DNA of 64,000 nt from positions 15,828 to 79,827 of the IMG/VR virus record IMGVR_UViG_3300019776_000657, one strand, 5' to 3'. The notes under the pieces are model-generated. The model was not told where the DNA came from, did not search any database, and saw only the letters and a program-made list of their open reading frames with translations. Positions 40,601 through 48,287 of the stretch are shown here, in pieces (positions within the stretch are counted from its first letter, which is position 1; every line of letters starts with the position of its first letter). Source of the DNA: a virus. A program made the position numbers and the translations under genes.

Positions 40601-41567
40601 GTGGAGGAGTTATTCTTACTTTACCCAACACAACAGGTATTGCACCATATCGGTTGGCCTGATTCTGCCCACCACCAGCAATCATTTGAGCTTCACTGCT
40701 GCCAGGATCTCTTTGTGTTGGTGGTCTAATAGGAAAAGCTGCGTTGATTAAGGCACCGCCTGCTAACATAGTTGCTGCAGATGCTGTGTACGCTACTGCA
40801 TGCGCAGCTGTAAAACCGCCAGGTATTGCACCAGCAGCTGTTAATTCTCCTCCGGCCAGTTCAAAAGCAGCAGGACCAATAACTTGATATGCAACTACTA
40901 CAAGAGCAATGGTTAATACCATTCTCATTGTACCCTTGTCTTGTGGAACAGCGCGGTATTCCACTACATCTGTATGATTTAATATTGTACCTGCCCAAGC
41001 TGTACGAGGTACTAATACACCATTAACAAAAATGTGTACAGTGCTCTCTAAAACTTCTGCAGTATTATATTGAGATTTGACAAGGCTGTACAATTGTTCT
41101 AGATTAGTACCAGGAACTATAGCAAGAGTAACTCGCTCTGTTTTGAGGGGGTGTGGAACTGCATTTAATACCACACCAGCAGCCTCACGATAGCGGTAAA
41201 AACCGTGTACACGGTTATTCCACTTTACACTATCAAAACTCTGGATACTACTACCACTGCCCTCTTGAGCATGTAAAAACTGTGTGTCACTAACGCATAC
41301 ACCAACGTGTGATAGGTGCCCCATTACTCGTAATAGTACAATACAGCCCTCCGCTGGAGTATTTACCTCTTCCCAGCCTTCACGGTATTGACTTATCAAT
41401 TCCTCGCTGCGGGCTCTGTCATCTTCTAGGTAACTGTCAACAAAACTGGGTAGTTCTATGTTGTACTCATTTTTATAAACAAGACGCACTAAACCCCAGC
41501 AGTCAATGCCGGCTTCATCACGACCATGATGTTTGTAGGGAATACCAAGATATTTATTTGACCACAT
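31692..41567 (-). CDS. tail tip/central fibre protein: NlpC/P60 + gpI-like + gpJ-like + FN3/Ig-like repeats (3291 aa)
   Basis: GIDCWGLV..HVG; VNG..D.V..RAVP; YGAIPVVLG, TSNPA; FN3-like YRVRLR..G.W; KVGSLSALSANLG. Confidence 0.85.
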   Translation of the reverse strand: MWSNKYLGIPYKHHGRDEAGIDCWGLVRLVYKNEYNIELPSFVDSYLEDDRARSEELISQYREGWEEVNTPAEGCIVLLRVMGHLSHVGVCVSDTQFLHAQEGSGSSIQSFDSVKWNNRVHGFYRYREAAGVVLNAVPHPLKTERVTLAIVPGTNLEQLYSLVKSQYNTAEVLESTVHIFVNGVLVPRTAWAGTILNHTDVVEYRAVPQDKGTMRMVLTIALVVVAYQVIGPAAFELAGGELTAAGAIPGGFTAAHAVAYTASAATMLAGGALINAAFPIRPPTQRDPGSSEAQMIAGGGQNQANRYGAIPVVLGKVRITPPLGAGSFVTFEDAAGAELEQALVGELNQSKSISYLNMMLAWGYGPLSIDETTLQVGASQWDNYENTEQVTVSYATALTEEQRKAQKTAFERIVASDVVQNFSGLELVGANFKAVTTLDPVTGKQKAVVVDSQEWADNYNTGNYYMRKTNSSGGFVGTGYSNTWQPYSDTILKRDSVQADLDVSDTELQQTAVVFQQSTTNWVESTFTQKLQKAVVAISFPQGLRLIKISGGDSGKTFEASVTFAVEYRYKIKATAQSTAAWGSWIPQPDVVITKREKDGFTKTIEYLLDSPEPGTYPQYEGVEFKIRRTTVDDSEPNDTDRLSHTSVLHSVTGYYTDPNYSPIDWAPYNCQVAKTAIKIKATDQLNGTIDGISAVVQSICKIWTGTNVNAVNTSIVNSQTVLTDWTTLAPTSNPAALFLHVLTHPANPQRILESEILSKVDVQKLQYWYNYCQTYQIKKISGNVSKALEYNGVLAAQRSVLEVLRDICAAGRGSPALKDGKWTVIIDEAQSVVVQHFTPHNSWGFESVKALPKYPDAFKIQFFDESKNYQENEVILPSAGKTADSAELFETITLPGITNAEIAEDFGRWHYAQIKLRPEIYTLNTDIEYLVCNRGDRVKVLHDVPMWGIQSGRITDRISDDVLKLDEDLPIAENKNYTIRFRGVSNTGVGTNQVLNTERQVKTTFNASTYGVTATGNFVTLVIGNHPISVGDRVNVTTTASGISNTTAVITSVTTTSITYKAVGTVSYVALGTAITATIKLKDGYYSKIQTTATTTQYEAGDGDLFMFGELQTETQDLLVLSIEPTNGAKNARLTLVDYGVDTSPDNPNPYNIFTQYYNYTNLAYFPNITDTPQLQIDDIGDKVPEIMPERIVSDESVMIKTATRGFIFAMRVPFFADLTLPKTVTTVQGQIDIGTNESASYKYFSTEIDKSSITFTDLEQGKTYRVRLRYIDNSGRVGNWTPWISHEVIGKRNPPDDVQNFDFLVLPGKMKFQWDRCPAPDYTYTIIKDITAPGSTWETGITLFQGPLTNWTWDEAVTGQYVIAARHVDDSNILSRQDAVLNIDYTAIELATIRVELSNDRHQVPANFDGTSPNLLFSGTEISVYQGGTLLAYDDAGTTLGRWKITAITETNVTPGTLQSVQDSISGDPSAVLGDLTEFTEDLGNIVFTIVGKSLTGIPFEITKTQSFVKVKNGESNTIYRIVTSTKVVYKNSPNSIVEGPFNEIRATGKKYVGSVESNYGWLGVTPYVGTTAGTEQRVQSSETNDIIFSPSSTDLSTKFVVRLYAEETSSEVLDKEELQVVFKGGVGLNTALVYAYQRSATALTSNPGEITYNFVTKEITNTALLNGWQKSIPEGSNPLYVTVISASSATDTDTLAATEWSTPVILTDNGINSATIYLYARNNSTTVAPDFTRAVGDTSTTSTYIFSTGNITGFPVGVSPNYWSDAIPSETQGKVVWITQASAANTGDTDSIPDAEWSTPQVLSGIAKGLFLTADRYVFNRDKNNVNIADQVCQLTALKQNTVNGVKWSTSPTVTLYTAATGGSAIAQNSTNADVVYLRIADFGTNTKVTVTCYIGQDSLTDATIVSAVKDGDSGITVVLGNPTHQLQTTNLGVVTYTGSGTTIRVLEGDNYVQINSVGIAANGLSTPGSITSGTGTTTVTIGDHTGITGNNATVTYTIGFTRSNGTTSSVIAVQSLSKSIQGSPGTSATSIGLNNDSHVVPAQNDGTVLSYTGATTTATILLGGIDDSANWTFSTLPASNASLTYTSTNSNRTVTVTNMATGVDSAYIDITATRTGYTTQTSRFSLSKSKTGLGGVAMNLSNDSHVIPAANDGTVLSYTGATTTATILLGGTDDSANWTFTTSPASSASLTYTSTDSNKTITVTNIATGTDSAFIDITATKSGYASQVSRFSLSKSKTGNIGTAGTTQERVELYISASDTASPPTKPTSVLYTITGTVLGAQTGGTTGWSLTMPTTPAYPGAVYMTTALASTTTPATQLTLNTWSDPIIVAKNGQTGTDGKVVYAATVYLQAAYTPTPNTPTGGNFNASTGALTAPAGGWLVTQPTTTTTPTWASDYVFVVNQGSTTNTGGTWGAPYIEAVKGDTGATGATGATGATGATGPAGNKSTTVSCYRWSNSGAGTYTQAFDYTWSSGAISAYPPASPTNWAASAGSSPGSGYTLYQLNLVITDLSSATTTPTNWSSATLNSVGYRQDGSIGLTGDSARLVYAVTNSATAPATPNSSTGSTAPGSTDGTTWSYTATSNLTAGQYMYQSDGTYVTSTNTVTWGAPYLSNLKVGSLSALSANLGSVKIAASGSLYSDGKSYGSATAGFFLGDGGSGVYKFDIGDDTNYLRWSGTALTIAGTISLNSSSTIDGASATTVKTGAASGASSLQPGSAASDVNANSTTISGSKIRAGSILSNNHTGTADGSAFATAGMAIDLVNGAISAKNFRIASDGTAVFGGSISSVATIDGTAASTVKTGAASGASSLQPGSAASDVNANSTTISGSKIRAGSILSNNHTGTADGSAFATAGMAIDLVNGAISAKNFRIASDGTAVFGGSITVSGTDYNTSQFLNSNTTATQVGLGNVSNLTPQNQAQSGLISGVTITGGGITLNGGGSIKAGQTAYDTGTGFFLGFSGSNPNFSIGNSAGNKLTWDTATGVLTITGTLSATSIIGATTASTVVSNAADVINKLNKNAADTLSGTIDFTSAGGFKTGTVAIAADGTTTGSGVAISSKGIVGLNADVATFSINATTGAAVFKGDITGSSGTFSGNLDVAGTAVIRGVNANAAGLLSANLKTPVTPTADIGILATGSFYGVFANGGTKTGVYGTTTGEYGVYGNTTGAATTAGVRGTGGTTGIGVDATSGYIAVRAAAVSPATALYVDGTMQITSTTLVTNLNADKVDGLDASAFVQVASGAANAQYLRFVPILAGDPTAPTDAVNGVWKKFSTNDGQMVWMKIYV
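32903..33457. repeat. near-identical direct repeat, 261 bp x2, period 294 bp
   Basis: 32903-33163 vs 33197-33457. Confidence 0.92.
34233..34284. repeat. 9-bp perfect tandem repeat (ACCTGTAGC) x5.8 encoding (GAT)n
   Basis: direct reading. Confidence 0.95.
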
Positions 41568-42097
41568 TAGAATAACCCCGGAAAGTATTTTGGACTAAAG
41601 CTGTGCATTGGAAATGGCTCACGTTCATAGTTTACCATTTGTAGTTCACAGGTTACTTGGTCGCGATTGTAAGTAAAATTTGTAACATAAAATCCATCAA
41701 AGCTCACCTCTACTGTGTTTGGACTAGAACTCAATACCAGTTCTAGTTTGACTTTTGGTGGACTAGTGATGTTTCTAATAACAGGTGTTAAGTAACGAGT
41801 AACATCACGTATTACTATTGAACAACGAGGAGCCTGAGCTTCTTCTTCTTGTGGTAGTGTGATTTCCAGCGGCAAAAAGGTATAATCTTCTCCACGACTG
41901 GTTATACCATAAACAATGTCATTATCTGTTTCATTGATTCTGTGAGTATTGCCAAGGCTGTCAGTACAGTTATCACACAAACGAATTTCGCTGTTGGTGC
42001 CATCAGAAAATGTTACCAATGTAATAAGATCATTGGCACTTTCGGTAGAAAACAGGGCCCTAAGGGCCTCTGGAGTCATAGAACTAATTCTGCTCAT
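41567..42097 (-). CDS. minor tail protein (DUF1833/gpL-like)
   Basis: GITSRGEDYTFLPLEITLP..EPFP..FSPKYFPGLF. Confidence 0.8.
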   Translation of the reverse strand: MSRISSMTPEALRALFSTESANDLITLVTFSDGTNSEIRLCDNCTDSLGNTHRINETDNDIVYGITSRGEDYTFLPLEITLPQEEEAQAPRCSIVIRDVTRYLTPVIRNITSPPKVKLELVLSSSPNTVEVSFDGFYVTNFTYNRDQVTCELQMVNYEREPFPMHSFSPKYFPGLF

Positions 42098-42453
42098 GGT
42101 AAGATTTCTAACTGTAGTTGTACTGTGTAATAACCTGGTGCCGCATAGGAGAGGGTGTAGTAATCACCCTCTCCTTGCGGAACTATTCTAACATCTGATA
42201 CAGTACCCAGTCGTGGATGTGGATACTGAAAACGAAGCGTGCCCTGTGTAGTGGTTTTAACAAACGTTTCTAAAGCGCTAACTTGTGCGTCTGTCATTAG
42301 GTATGACACACTCAAAGTTTTGGGTTTGTTGCCACGTTTTCTCATTTTTGCAGGTCCACTATCCATTGGAGTTCTAGTAACTAGTACTCCTCCGGTTTCA
42401 GTGAACCCTTTTTGTGGACTTTGTGGCAGTGTGGTTGGCCAAACTAAGGGCAT
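42094..42453 (-). CDS. distal tail protein (gpM-like)
   Basis: WPTTLPQ..RTPMDSGPAKMRKR..LEILP; follows the tape measure gene. Confidence 0.78.
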   Translation of the reverse strand: MPLVWPTTLPQSPQKGFTETGGVLVTRTPMDSGPAKMRKRGNKPKTLSVSYLMTDAQVSALETFVKTTTQGTLRFQYPHPRLGTVSDVRIVPQGEGDYYTLSYAAPGYYTVQLQLEILP

Positions 42454-42454
42454 G

Positions 42455-45400
42455 TTATCTCCTTATTAATTGTGGTTGTAGTCCAAAAGTACCACGAATA
42501 GAACGATTGGCACTACTGCCACCACGAGTGATTTCTCCAGCAGTCATGTCGCCAACAACAACCTCTACACGTCGATTTCCGCGACTGTCTGTGGTTTCAC
42601 GAGCTTCAGCACGTTCTGTTGAATAGTTGTTGACAACTACTTCTACTGACCCGCCACCTCCACGAACACCCAGGTTGCCCTGACCATCGCGTTTCAATGG
42701 CATGATCGCCTCAGGGCCGGCTTCACCCATCATACCGGTGCCCTTGGCAAACTTGAATAGGGTAGGGCTGTCGACTATGGAGTTGGTAAAAGTACCACCC
42801 ATAGCAAACTTGTGTACGCCATTATCAAAAGCATTTCCTTTAGCGCTCTTTAATAAAGCAAACTGTGAGCCTGATAAACTTGCTGTACCACCTCCAGGGC
42901 CTCCTAAGCCTATACCACTGCCGCCAAACATACTACCAACCAAGTTCATTAAACCAGGACGGAATGCTTGATACATCTCCTGCATTTGCATTCTAAGTTC
43001 TAATCTTAACAAGTCTGCCAGCATGGAGTTTATTAGACTCTTGAAGTTCAATTTACCAGTCTGAGCAAACTCAACTATGGCATCAGCCATTTTGTCAAAA
43101 CTACTTCTAAATACTTCTGCATAGCCTTTTTGGCGAATATCTAATTCATTTATTAGATCTATTTCTTTTAATCTTTGAGCATTTAAACTCTGAGTTAATC
43201 TAATTCTATCTTCATAGGCTGTATTTACTCTGCCTTCATCCTGTTTTTGTTGTTCTCTAACTGCGATTAAAGCTTCAACAGTGTCAGCAGCTTGAGCCTT
43301 TATTTGTGCTTCTCTTCTTATAGATGCTAATTTTGTTTCTTTATCAAGTTGTGCCTCTCTCAAATCTCTTTGATAGGCCATACTTTGAGTTTCTAAATCA
43401 AGTGCTTTTTGTTTGTCTTGTGCTTGTTGAGCGGTTATTGCTCCAATAGATACTAAATAGTCTAACTCAGTCTTTTTACCAGAAACAATAGCACTACTAA
43501 TATCTTCTTCTATCTTAGCTCTGGTATTAGCAAAATCTAATTCTCTTTGCGCAATAGCTGCAGTATTTCTTATAGTTTCTGCCTGTCTTGCTAACTGACT
43601 CATTTCTTGTCTAGCAAGTAGTATTTCTGCAGTTTGGAAATACTCTTTTCTGGTATTTTGCAACCTTTCAAGAGCAGATTGTTTTAGTACTTTATCTGTT
43701 TCTTCATTATATTTTTTCTGATCTGTATTTACTCTAAATTGAGCATCATTCATTGTTTTTTCAATATTTTGTATTTCCAATGCTGTTTCAGCTTGCTGTC
43801 TCAAATTCAGTAAGGTTTTATCTACTACTTCTACATTTGAAGTTAAGATCTTTAATCTATCTAATTCTATTGATTTAAGTTCTATATTTTGCTGTAGTTC
43901 TTTCTGTAGTACTGCTTGTTGTTCAGCCTTCTTTTGATAACCTTCAGTGACAGTTACAGCTGCTTTTTCACCTTTAATCTGTGTTGTTTTTCTTCTTGAT
44001 TCTACTCGGGCCTGTTCTGCAGCAGTAAAAGCTTTTGCTTGTTCGGGAGCTGTTTCCATTAATTTTTTGAATGTTAATGTTCCCTGTATGTAACTCTGAG
44101 CAGCTTTTAATCCAGCTGTAGCAGCTATGATACTTTCTCGTTCTACTTGAGCAGTATCTAATTCAGATTTTACATTTTCACCGGCCATTTGCCTTTCAGT
44201 ATATCTTAATATATCTCTATTAGCTAGTTCTAATCTTCTTAAGTTATTTTGTTGATCATTTAAGTTATTTGCCAGTAACATAGCATCTACTAAGCTTTGT
44301 GTAACTTTTATGTTATCCAACTGTATGTCTAATTCTCTTCTCTTTAATTCTGCTTCTATTGTGGCGGTGCCAGGACCTGTTCCACCTGCAAGATTTGCTC
44401 TAGAAATAGATAAGGATGCCAATTGTGCAGCTTCAGATAGTGGACGATATAGTAGTGTTATAGCTTTTTTGGCAAGATCTGAAAGGGCTAAATCTGTTAT
44501 GGGTTTTATTGTTTCTTTTAAAGCGGCATTAAATTTTTGGAGTGTTTCTGCTGCTTCTTTTTGTACAGCTTGAGCTTTTTCTAAAGCTTTAATTGCTGCT
44601 TCTGGATTCGTTGTTTTAACTGTAGTTAATCTTACATCATAACCAAATGCTTCTCCAACTGCTTGCGGTGCAGCCGCTCCTTGATTTTTTAATTCTTGTG
44701 TAGTTTGTTCAGCTTTTTTTAACTGATTTTCATAGTATCCAGCCGCTAATGTCAATCCAGTTAACTGTGCTCTATAAGACTCCAATCCTTTTTGCACTTC
44801 AGGAGAGAAAAATCTCATTTTACCTACATCATCTATTATGTTTCCTAACTCTATTAACGCCAACTTTGGAGTTTTAAAAGCTTCGGCCATAGATATACTT
44901 GTAGTTATAAATCCTAGAGCTAACTTACTTAAAGGATCTGTAGGGGCCATACTTGTAATTAAATCATCATAGGCTTTTCCCAACTTTTCAAAACTATCCT
45001 TTAAAGAAGTAGAAGATGTTGATATCTTTTTAAACTTTTTTGTTGTTTCGGACTCTAATACTGTGATCTGTTTAGTAATATCTACTAATAAATTATCTGG
45101 TATATTTAAAAGTCCGCTGGCCAAAGATTTACTATCTATTTCTTTTATATTTAGTATTTGTTTTACTTTTTGTACAAATTCGGATTTAACTGTGCCTTCT
45201 GGCATCAACTTAATAGCGTTGCCTAGACTATAAGCAAATTGCTTGGAAAATTGCTGTTCTGTGCTCTTTCCAAATACACTCATTATGCTATTTACAAATC
45301 TATCCCAACCATTGGATGCAAATCTCACTTTATCTAAGTCAACTACTAGTTTAGTTAAACTATTAGATACTTCTTCTAAGGCATTTGCTACTGCTACAAT

Positions 45401-47329
45401 ATTCTGTGAACTCATCAATTTAAATGGGTCCATTTTTGACATCTCAAAAAAGACTTCATTTGCCAGTTTTCCAGCATCTTTTGTAGCATCCAAGGACTTT
45501 TCGAAGTTTTCAGACTCTTTTTGATTATCACTCATTGCACTGTTTAGTGCACTGAATGCTGCTGTAGCTATTCCTATTGCGAGTAACCAAGGCTGCATAG
45601 CATTGAATGCTAACATTAGGGTTGAGCTAAGTATTCTTATTCCGCCACTAGCAAGCGTAGTTATTCTGGTAAATCCTGTTAATGTTTTTCCTGTTGTAGC
45701 AGTTCTTTCATTAAATTCATTAAACACTCCAGGACCATTTTTTACTTCATCAACTAATCTTTTCCAAGCTTCTTTAGCTCCCATTATTTGGGTATTTTCA
45801 CCAACATTGGATAAAATCTTGGTACTAGCGGCTGCCATTTCTGCTCTACGAGCAACTATGTCTTTGGCACGACCTTCCAATGTATTTTTTGCTCCAGCTG
45901 TTTCAGCTCCTGAAAGTGCAGCTATTCTTTTATTTTCTTCTTGAATATATACCTGATTTAATAGTGCTGCTTGTTTCATCTGACCTAGCCGTACTTCTTG
46001 TTTGGCTATGTCTTGATCCATTATCTTTAAGTGCTCTACTTCACTTACATTTATATTATCACGAAGTGTTTTTAATTTTATTAAGGCATTTTGTTCTTTT
46101 ACTAGTTGAGTTTCAATAGCTTTTTGATTTGCTACTGCTGCTTGGGCATCGTACTCCTCACCCATTACTCTACCAAGTATTTTTGATTTTGGAGAAAGTA
46201 CTTGTCCTAGAGCTGTTTGAGTTCCTGCTAAAGCCTGATTAGCTGCGTCGGCTGCTTCTTTTGCATCCTGCAAACCAGCTCTCATCTTCTTGCCAATATC
46301 AAATTCTTCATATGAATCGCGAAGTCTTTTTGCAGTAGCAGCAGCTATATCAGCATTTTTAACTAATTCTTGTCTCCAAGAAGTAAGGGCAGGAATTGCT
46401 TGTTTTACTAGACTAGCACCTATAGCCACCAATAGAGAGGAGAGCGCAGTTGGACTTTCTGACAATAGTTTTATAAGTGGTGTAAGTACAGTATTTACTA
46501 AACTCAACCCACTTTGAGCCACATTACTTATAGTAGCAGACAGTTTACTGTATGGATTTACATCTACCTTGATATTTCCGAATTTTTGCTCTGCTTCTGC
46601 TAACACAGCGTTGGCAAAACCCTGACGTTTTTCAAAGTCAGTTAGTGATGATACTGTTTTACCTAGAGTTCTAGCATAATCCTGATTTGCTTTATCTATT
46701 TTTACATAGATTCCGAGTTCGTCTAATAGTTCTGGCTCTATTTTGCTAATACCGCGACTCAATCTGCTGATGGCATCAGGCATTGAAATTCCAAGAGCAG
46801 TAGATGCCTTCTTGGCTGCATCACCAATACGCAATATTTGCTGACTGCTCAATCCTGCTGCTGAACCTTTTGTAGTGGCCTCCAATGCATCGCGCATAGA
46901 TATAGCACCGTCAGTAGCATCGTATAATCTTTTACTCAGGGTTCCTAATGCTTGTCCACTACTAACACTTAACTTGTCTAGTCCGGTTATCATATTTGTA
47001 GTGTCAGCAGCCTTACTTAATGCGCTAAATGCAGCTGTAACTGCATATATATTTGCTGCAACAGTTGCGTATAGACGTACTACTCCGCCCAATCCCTCAG
47101 ATTGTTTTGCAAAATCACGGGCTTCGGCACCCGTACCACCAGTAGCCCGACCACGATTATAGTCTATTACTTGTTGGCTACTAACAGCCCCACCTCCACC
47201 CATAGCTACGCTCCTAGCCAGCTTTTGGGTTTTGGTGAGTTCACCGTTGAGTTCTTTTGTTTCGCCAGTTCTTTTTTGGATTGAGTTGCCACTATCGGAC
47301 AACATCATAGAAATATTTACATCTGCCAT
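42455..47329 (-). CDS. tape measure protein
   Basis: AAGGAGAGG RBS before ATG 47329; Ala/Lys/Gln-rich helical; KIEPELLDELGI near N-term, GEAGPEAIMPL near C-term. Confidence 0.93.
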   Translation of the reverse strand: MADVNISMMLSDSGNSIQKRTGETKELNGELTKTQKLARSVAMGGGGAVSSQQVIDYNRGRATGGTGAEARDFAKQSEGLGGVVRLYATVAANIYAVTAAFSALSKAADTTNMITGLDKLSVSSGQALGTLSKRLYDATDGAISMRDALEATTKGSAAGLSSQQILRIGDAAKKASTALGISMPDAISRLSRGISKIEPELLDELGIYVKIDKANQDYARTLGKTVSSLTDFEKRQGFANAVLAEAEQKFGNIKVDVNPYSKLSATISNVAQSGLSLVNTVLTPLIKLLSESPTALSSLLVAIGASLVKQAIPALTSWRQELVKNADIAAATAKRLRDSYEEFDIGKKMRAGLQDAKEAADAANQALAGTQTALGQVLSPKSKILGRVMGEEYDAQAAVANQKAIETQLVKEQNALIKLKTLRDNINVSEVEHLKIMDQDIAKQEVRLGQMKQAALLNQVYIQEENKRIAALSGAETAGAKNTLEGRAKDIVARRAEMAAASTKILSNVGENTQIMGAKEAWKRLVDEVKNGPGVFNEFNERTATTGKTLTGFTRITTLASGGIRILSSTLMLAFNAMQPWLLAIGIATAAFSALNSAMSDNQKESENFEKSLDATKDAGKLANEVFFEMSKMDPFKLMSSQNIVAVANALEEVSNSLTKLVVDLDKVRFASNGWDRFVNSIMSVFGKSTEQQFSKQFAYSLGNAIKLMPEGTVKSEFVQKVKQILNIKEIDSKSLASGLLNIPDNLLVDITKQITVLESETTKKFKKISTSSTSLKDSFEKLGKAYDDLITSMAPTDPLSKLALGFITTSISMAEAFKTPKLALIELGNIIDDVGKMRFFSPEVQKGLESYRAQLTGLTLAAGYYENQLKKAEQTTQELKNQGAAAPQAVGEAFGYDVRLTTVKTTNPEAAIKALEKAQAVQKEAAETLQKFNAALKETIKPITDLALSDLAKKAITLLYRPLSEAAQLASLSISRANLAGGTGPGTATIEAELKRRELDIQLDNIKVTQSLVDAMLLANNLNDQQNNLRRLELANRDILRYTERQMAGENVKSELDTAQVERESIIAATAGLKAAQSYIQGTLTFKKLMETAPEQAKAFTAAEQARVESRRKTTQIKGEKAAVTVTEGYQKKAEQQAVLQKELQQNIELKSIELDRLKILTSNVEVVDKTLLNLRQQAETALEIQNIEKTMNDAQFRVNTDQKKYNEETDKVLKQSALERLQNTRKEYFQTAEILLARQEMSQLARQAETIRNTAAIAQRELDFANTRAKIEEDISSAIVSGKKTELDYLVSIGAITAQQAQDKQKALDLETQSMAYQRDLREAQLDKETKLASIRREAQIKAQAADTVEALIAVREQQKQDEGRVNTAYEDRIRLTQSLNAQRLKEIDLINELDIRQKGYAEVFRSSFDKMADAIVEFAQTGKLNFKSLINSMLADLLRLELRMQMQEMYQAFRPGLMNLVGSMFGGSGIGLGGPGGGTASLSGSQFALLKSAKGNAFDNGVHKFAMGGTFTNSIVDSPTLFKFAKGTGMMGEAGPEAIMPLKRDGQGNLGVRGGGGSVEVVVNNYSTERAEARETTDSRGNRRVEVVVGDMTAGEITRGGSSANRSIRGTFGLQPQLIRR

Positions 47330-47386
47330 AGCCTCTCCTTGAGAGATGAGCACGCACAAAAATTAGTGCTTATTCAAGTAGCTCTA

Positions 47387-47415
47387 ATTATATCATGTAA
47401 GCAAGGGTCAGTCAA
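47387..47415 (-). promoter_or_regulatory. late promoter of tape measure gene
   Basis: TTGACT-N17-TATAAT. Confidence 0.78.
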
Positions 47416-47424
47416 ACCAAAAAT

Positions 47425-47453
47425 AAAAAAGCCCACCATTAAGGCGGGCTTTT
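47425..47453 (-). terminator. intrinsic terminator overlapping chaperone stop
   Basis: AAAAGCCC/GGGCTTTT hairpin plus T-tract. Confidence 0.7.
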
Positions 47454-47849
47454 TACTTCTTTGAGGCTTTCCTCTTGTTTTCGCTTAGCCGACAACTGCT
47501 TCATACGCTCACTGTCGATCAACGCTATCAATTCTAGTATGAATCGCTTCTCGTCTTGACTTACCTGGTAAATTATGAACAGGTCATTGACACCACTCAT
47601 ATTTTTACCCATATAGGTCCCACTCATGCCTTCCCACACATCCTGCAATACTTGATACAATTCAAATGCTTGCTGTACCTCAGCCGGAAAATCTTCAAAC
47701 TCCACTGGAATTTCATCTTCTACAGCCGGGGTTCCCATCATCTCACACATTTCAAGATACTGTTCTTTGGTCATGCCAACAGCACTGTTTTGAAAGAAAT
47801 TTGTTATGGCTTGACGAATGGTGTGGGTTTGCTCACTTAGAAGTTTCCC
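47439..47849 (-). CDS. tail assembly chaperone, frameshift extension (gpT-like)
   Basis: -1 frame is open from the slippery site through ORF 47439..47774. Confidence 0.78.
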   Translation of the reverse strand, partial: GKLLSEQTHTIRQAITNFFQNSAVGMTKEQYLEMCEMMGTPAVEDEIPVEFEDFPAEVQQAFELYQVLQDVWEGMSGTYMGKNMSGVNDLFIIYQVSQDEKRFILELIALIDSERMKQLSAKRKQEESLKEVKSPP

Positions 47850-48235
47850 AGGTCTGTGACCTGTTCAGTGATAAAACTGTCAAAGTTTGTACTGTTCTTC
47901 ATCAAGCTCAGTGCATTATCATCTGAGAAATCTACGAGTGTATTGGGATCTTGATCACCTAACTCAATTGGTACCAATTTGGATAGGTGGTCTAAGGTTA
48001 AGCCACTCCAACCCTTGATTGTGTTTTGTACGTACAATTGTAGGAAAAGATCTTCGTCAAAATCTTCTGTCATTTGACGGTTTTTAAACACAGTTTTAGT
48101 GCTCTTCTTACGAATTGTAGTCAAGGTCTCACGACTCAAAAAACAAAGTTTGAGTTTAAAACCTGGCAGACCAGGAAACTCGGTTTCCACAGTCTTGTTT
48201 GGTACTAATAGGGTTTTGATATTGCTGATTGACAT
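47837..48235 (-). CDS. tail assembly chaperone (gpG-like)
   Basis: lies between major tail and tape measure genes; IKGWSGL motif. Confidence 0.82.
   Translation of the reverse strand: MSISNIKTLLVPNKTVETEFPGLPGFKLKLCFLSRETLTTIRKKSTKTVFKNRQMTEDFDEDLFLQLYVQNTIKGWSGLTLDHLSKLVPIELGDQDPNTLVDFSDDNALSLMKNSTNFDSFITEQVTDLGNF
47843..47849 (-). other. -1 ribosomal frameshift site G GGA AAC
   Basis: X XXY YYZ heptamer one codon before the gpG stop. Confidence 0.82.
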
Positions 48236-48250
48236 TTGTGCCTTTTTAGG

Positions 48251-48277
48251 AAAAGGGCTGACGGTTAAGTCAGCCCT
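48251..48277 (-). terminator. intrinsic terminator after major tail gene
   Basis: AGGGCTGAC/GTCAGCCCT-TTT. Confidence 0.75.
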
Positions 48278-48287
48278 AGGTTATACA

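Noticed and set aside
14751-47284. Many + strand ORFs (e.g. 32227..32796, 32890..33327, 24409..24894)
   Set aside because: Antisense shadows of Thr/Gly/Ala-rich structural genes; no RBS or motifs
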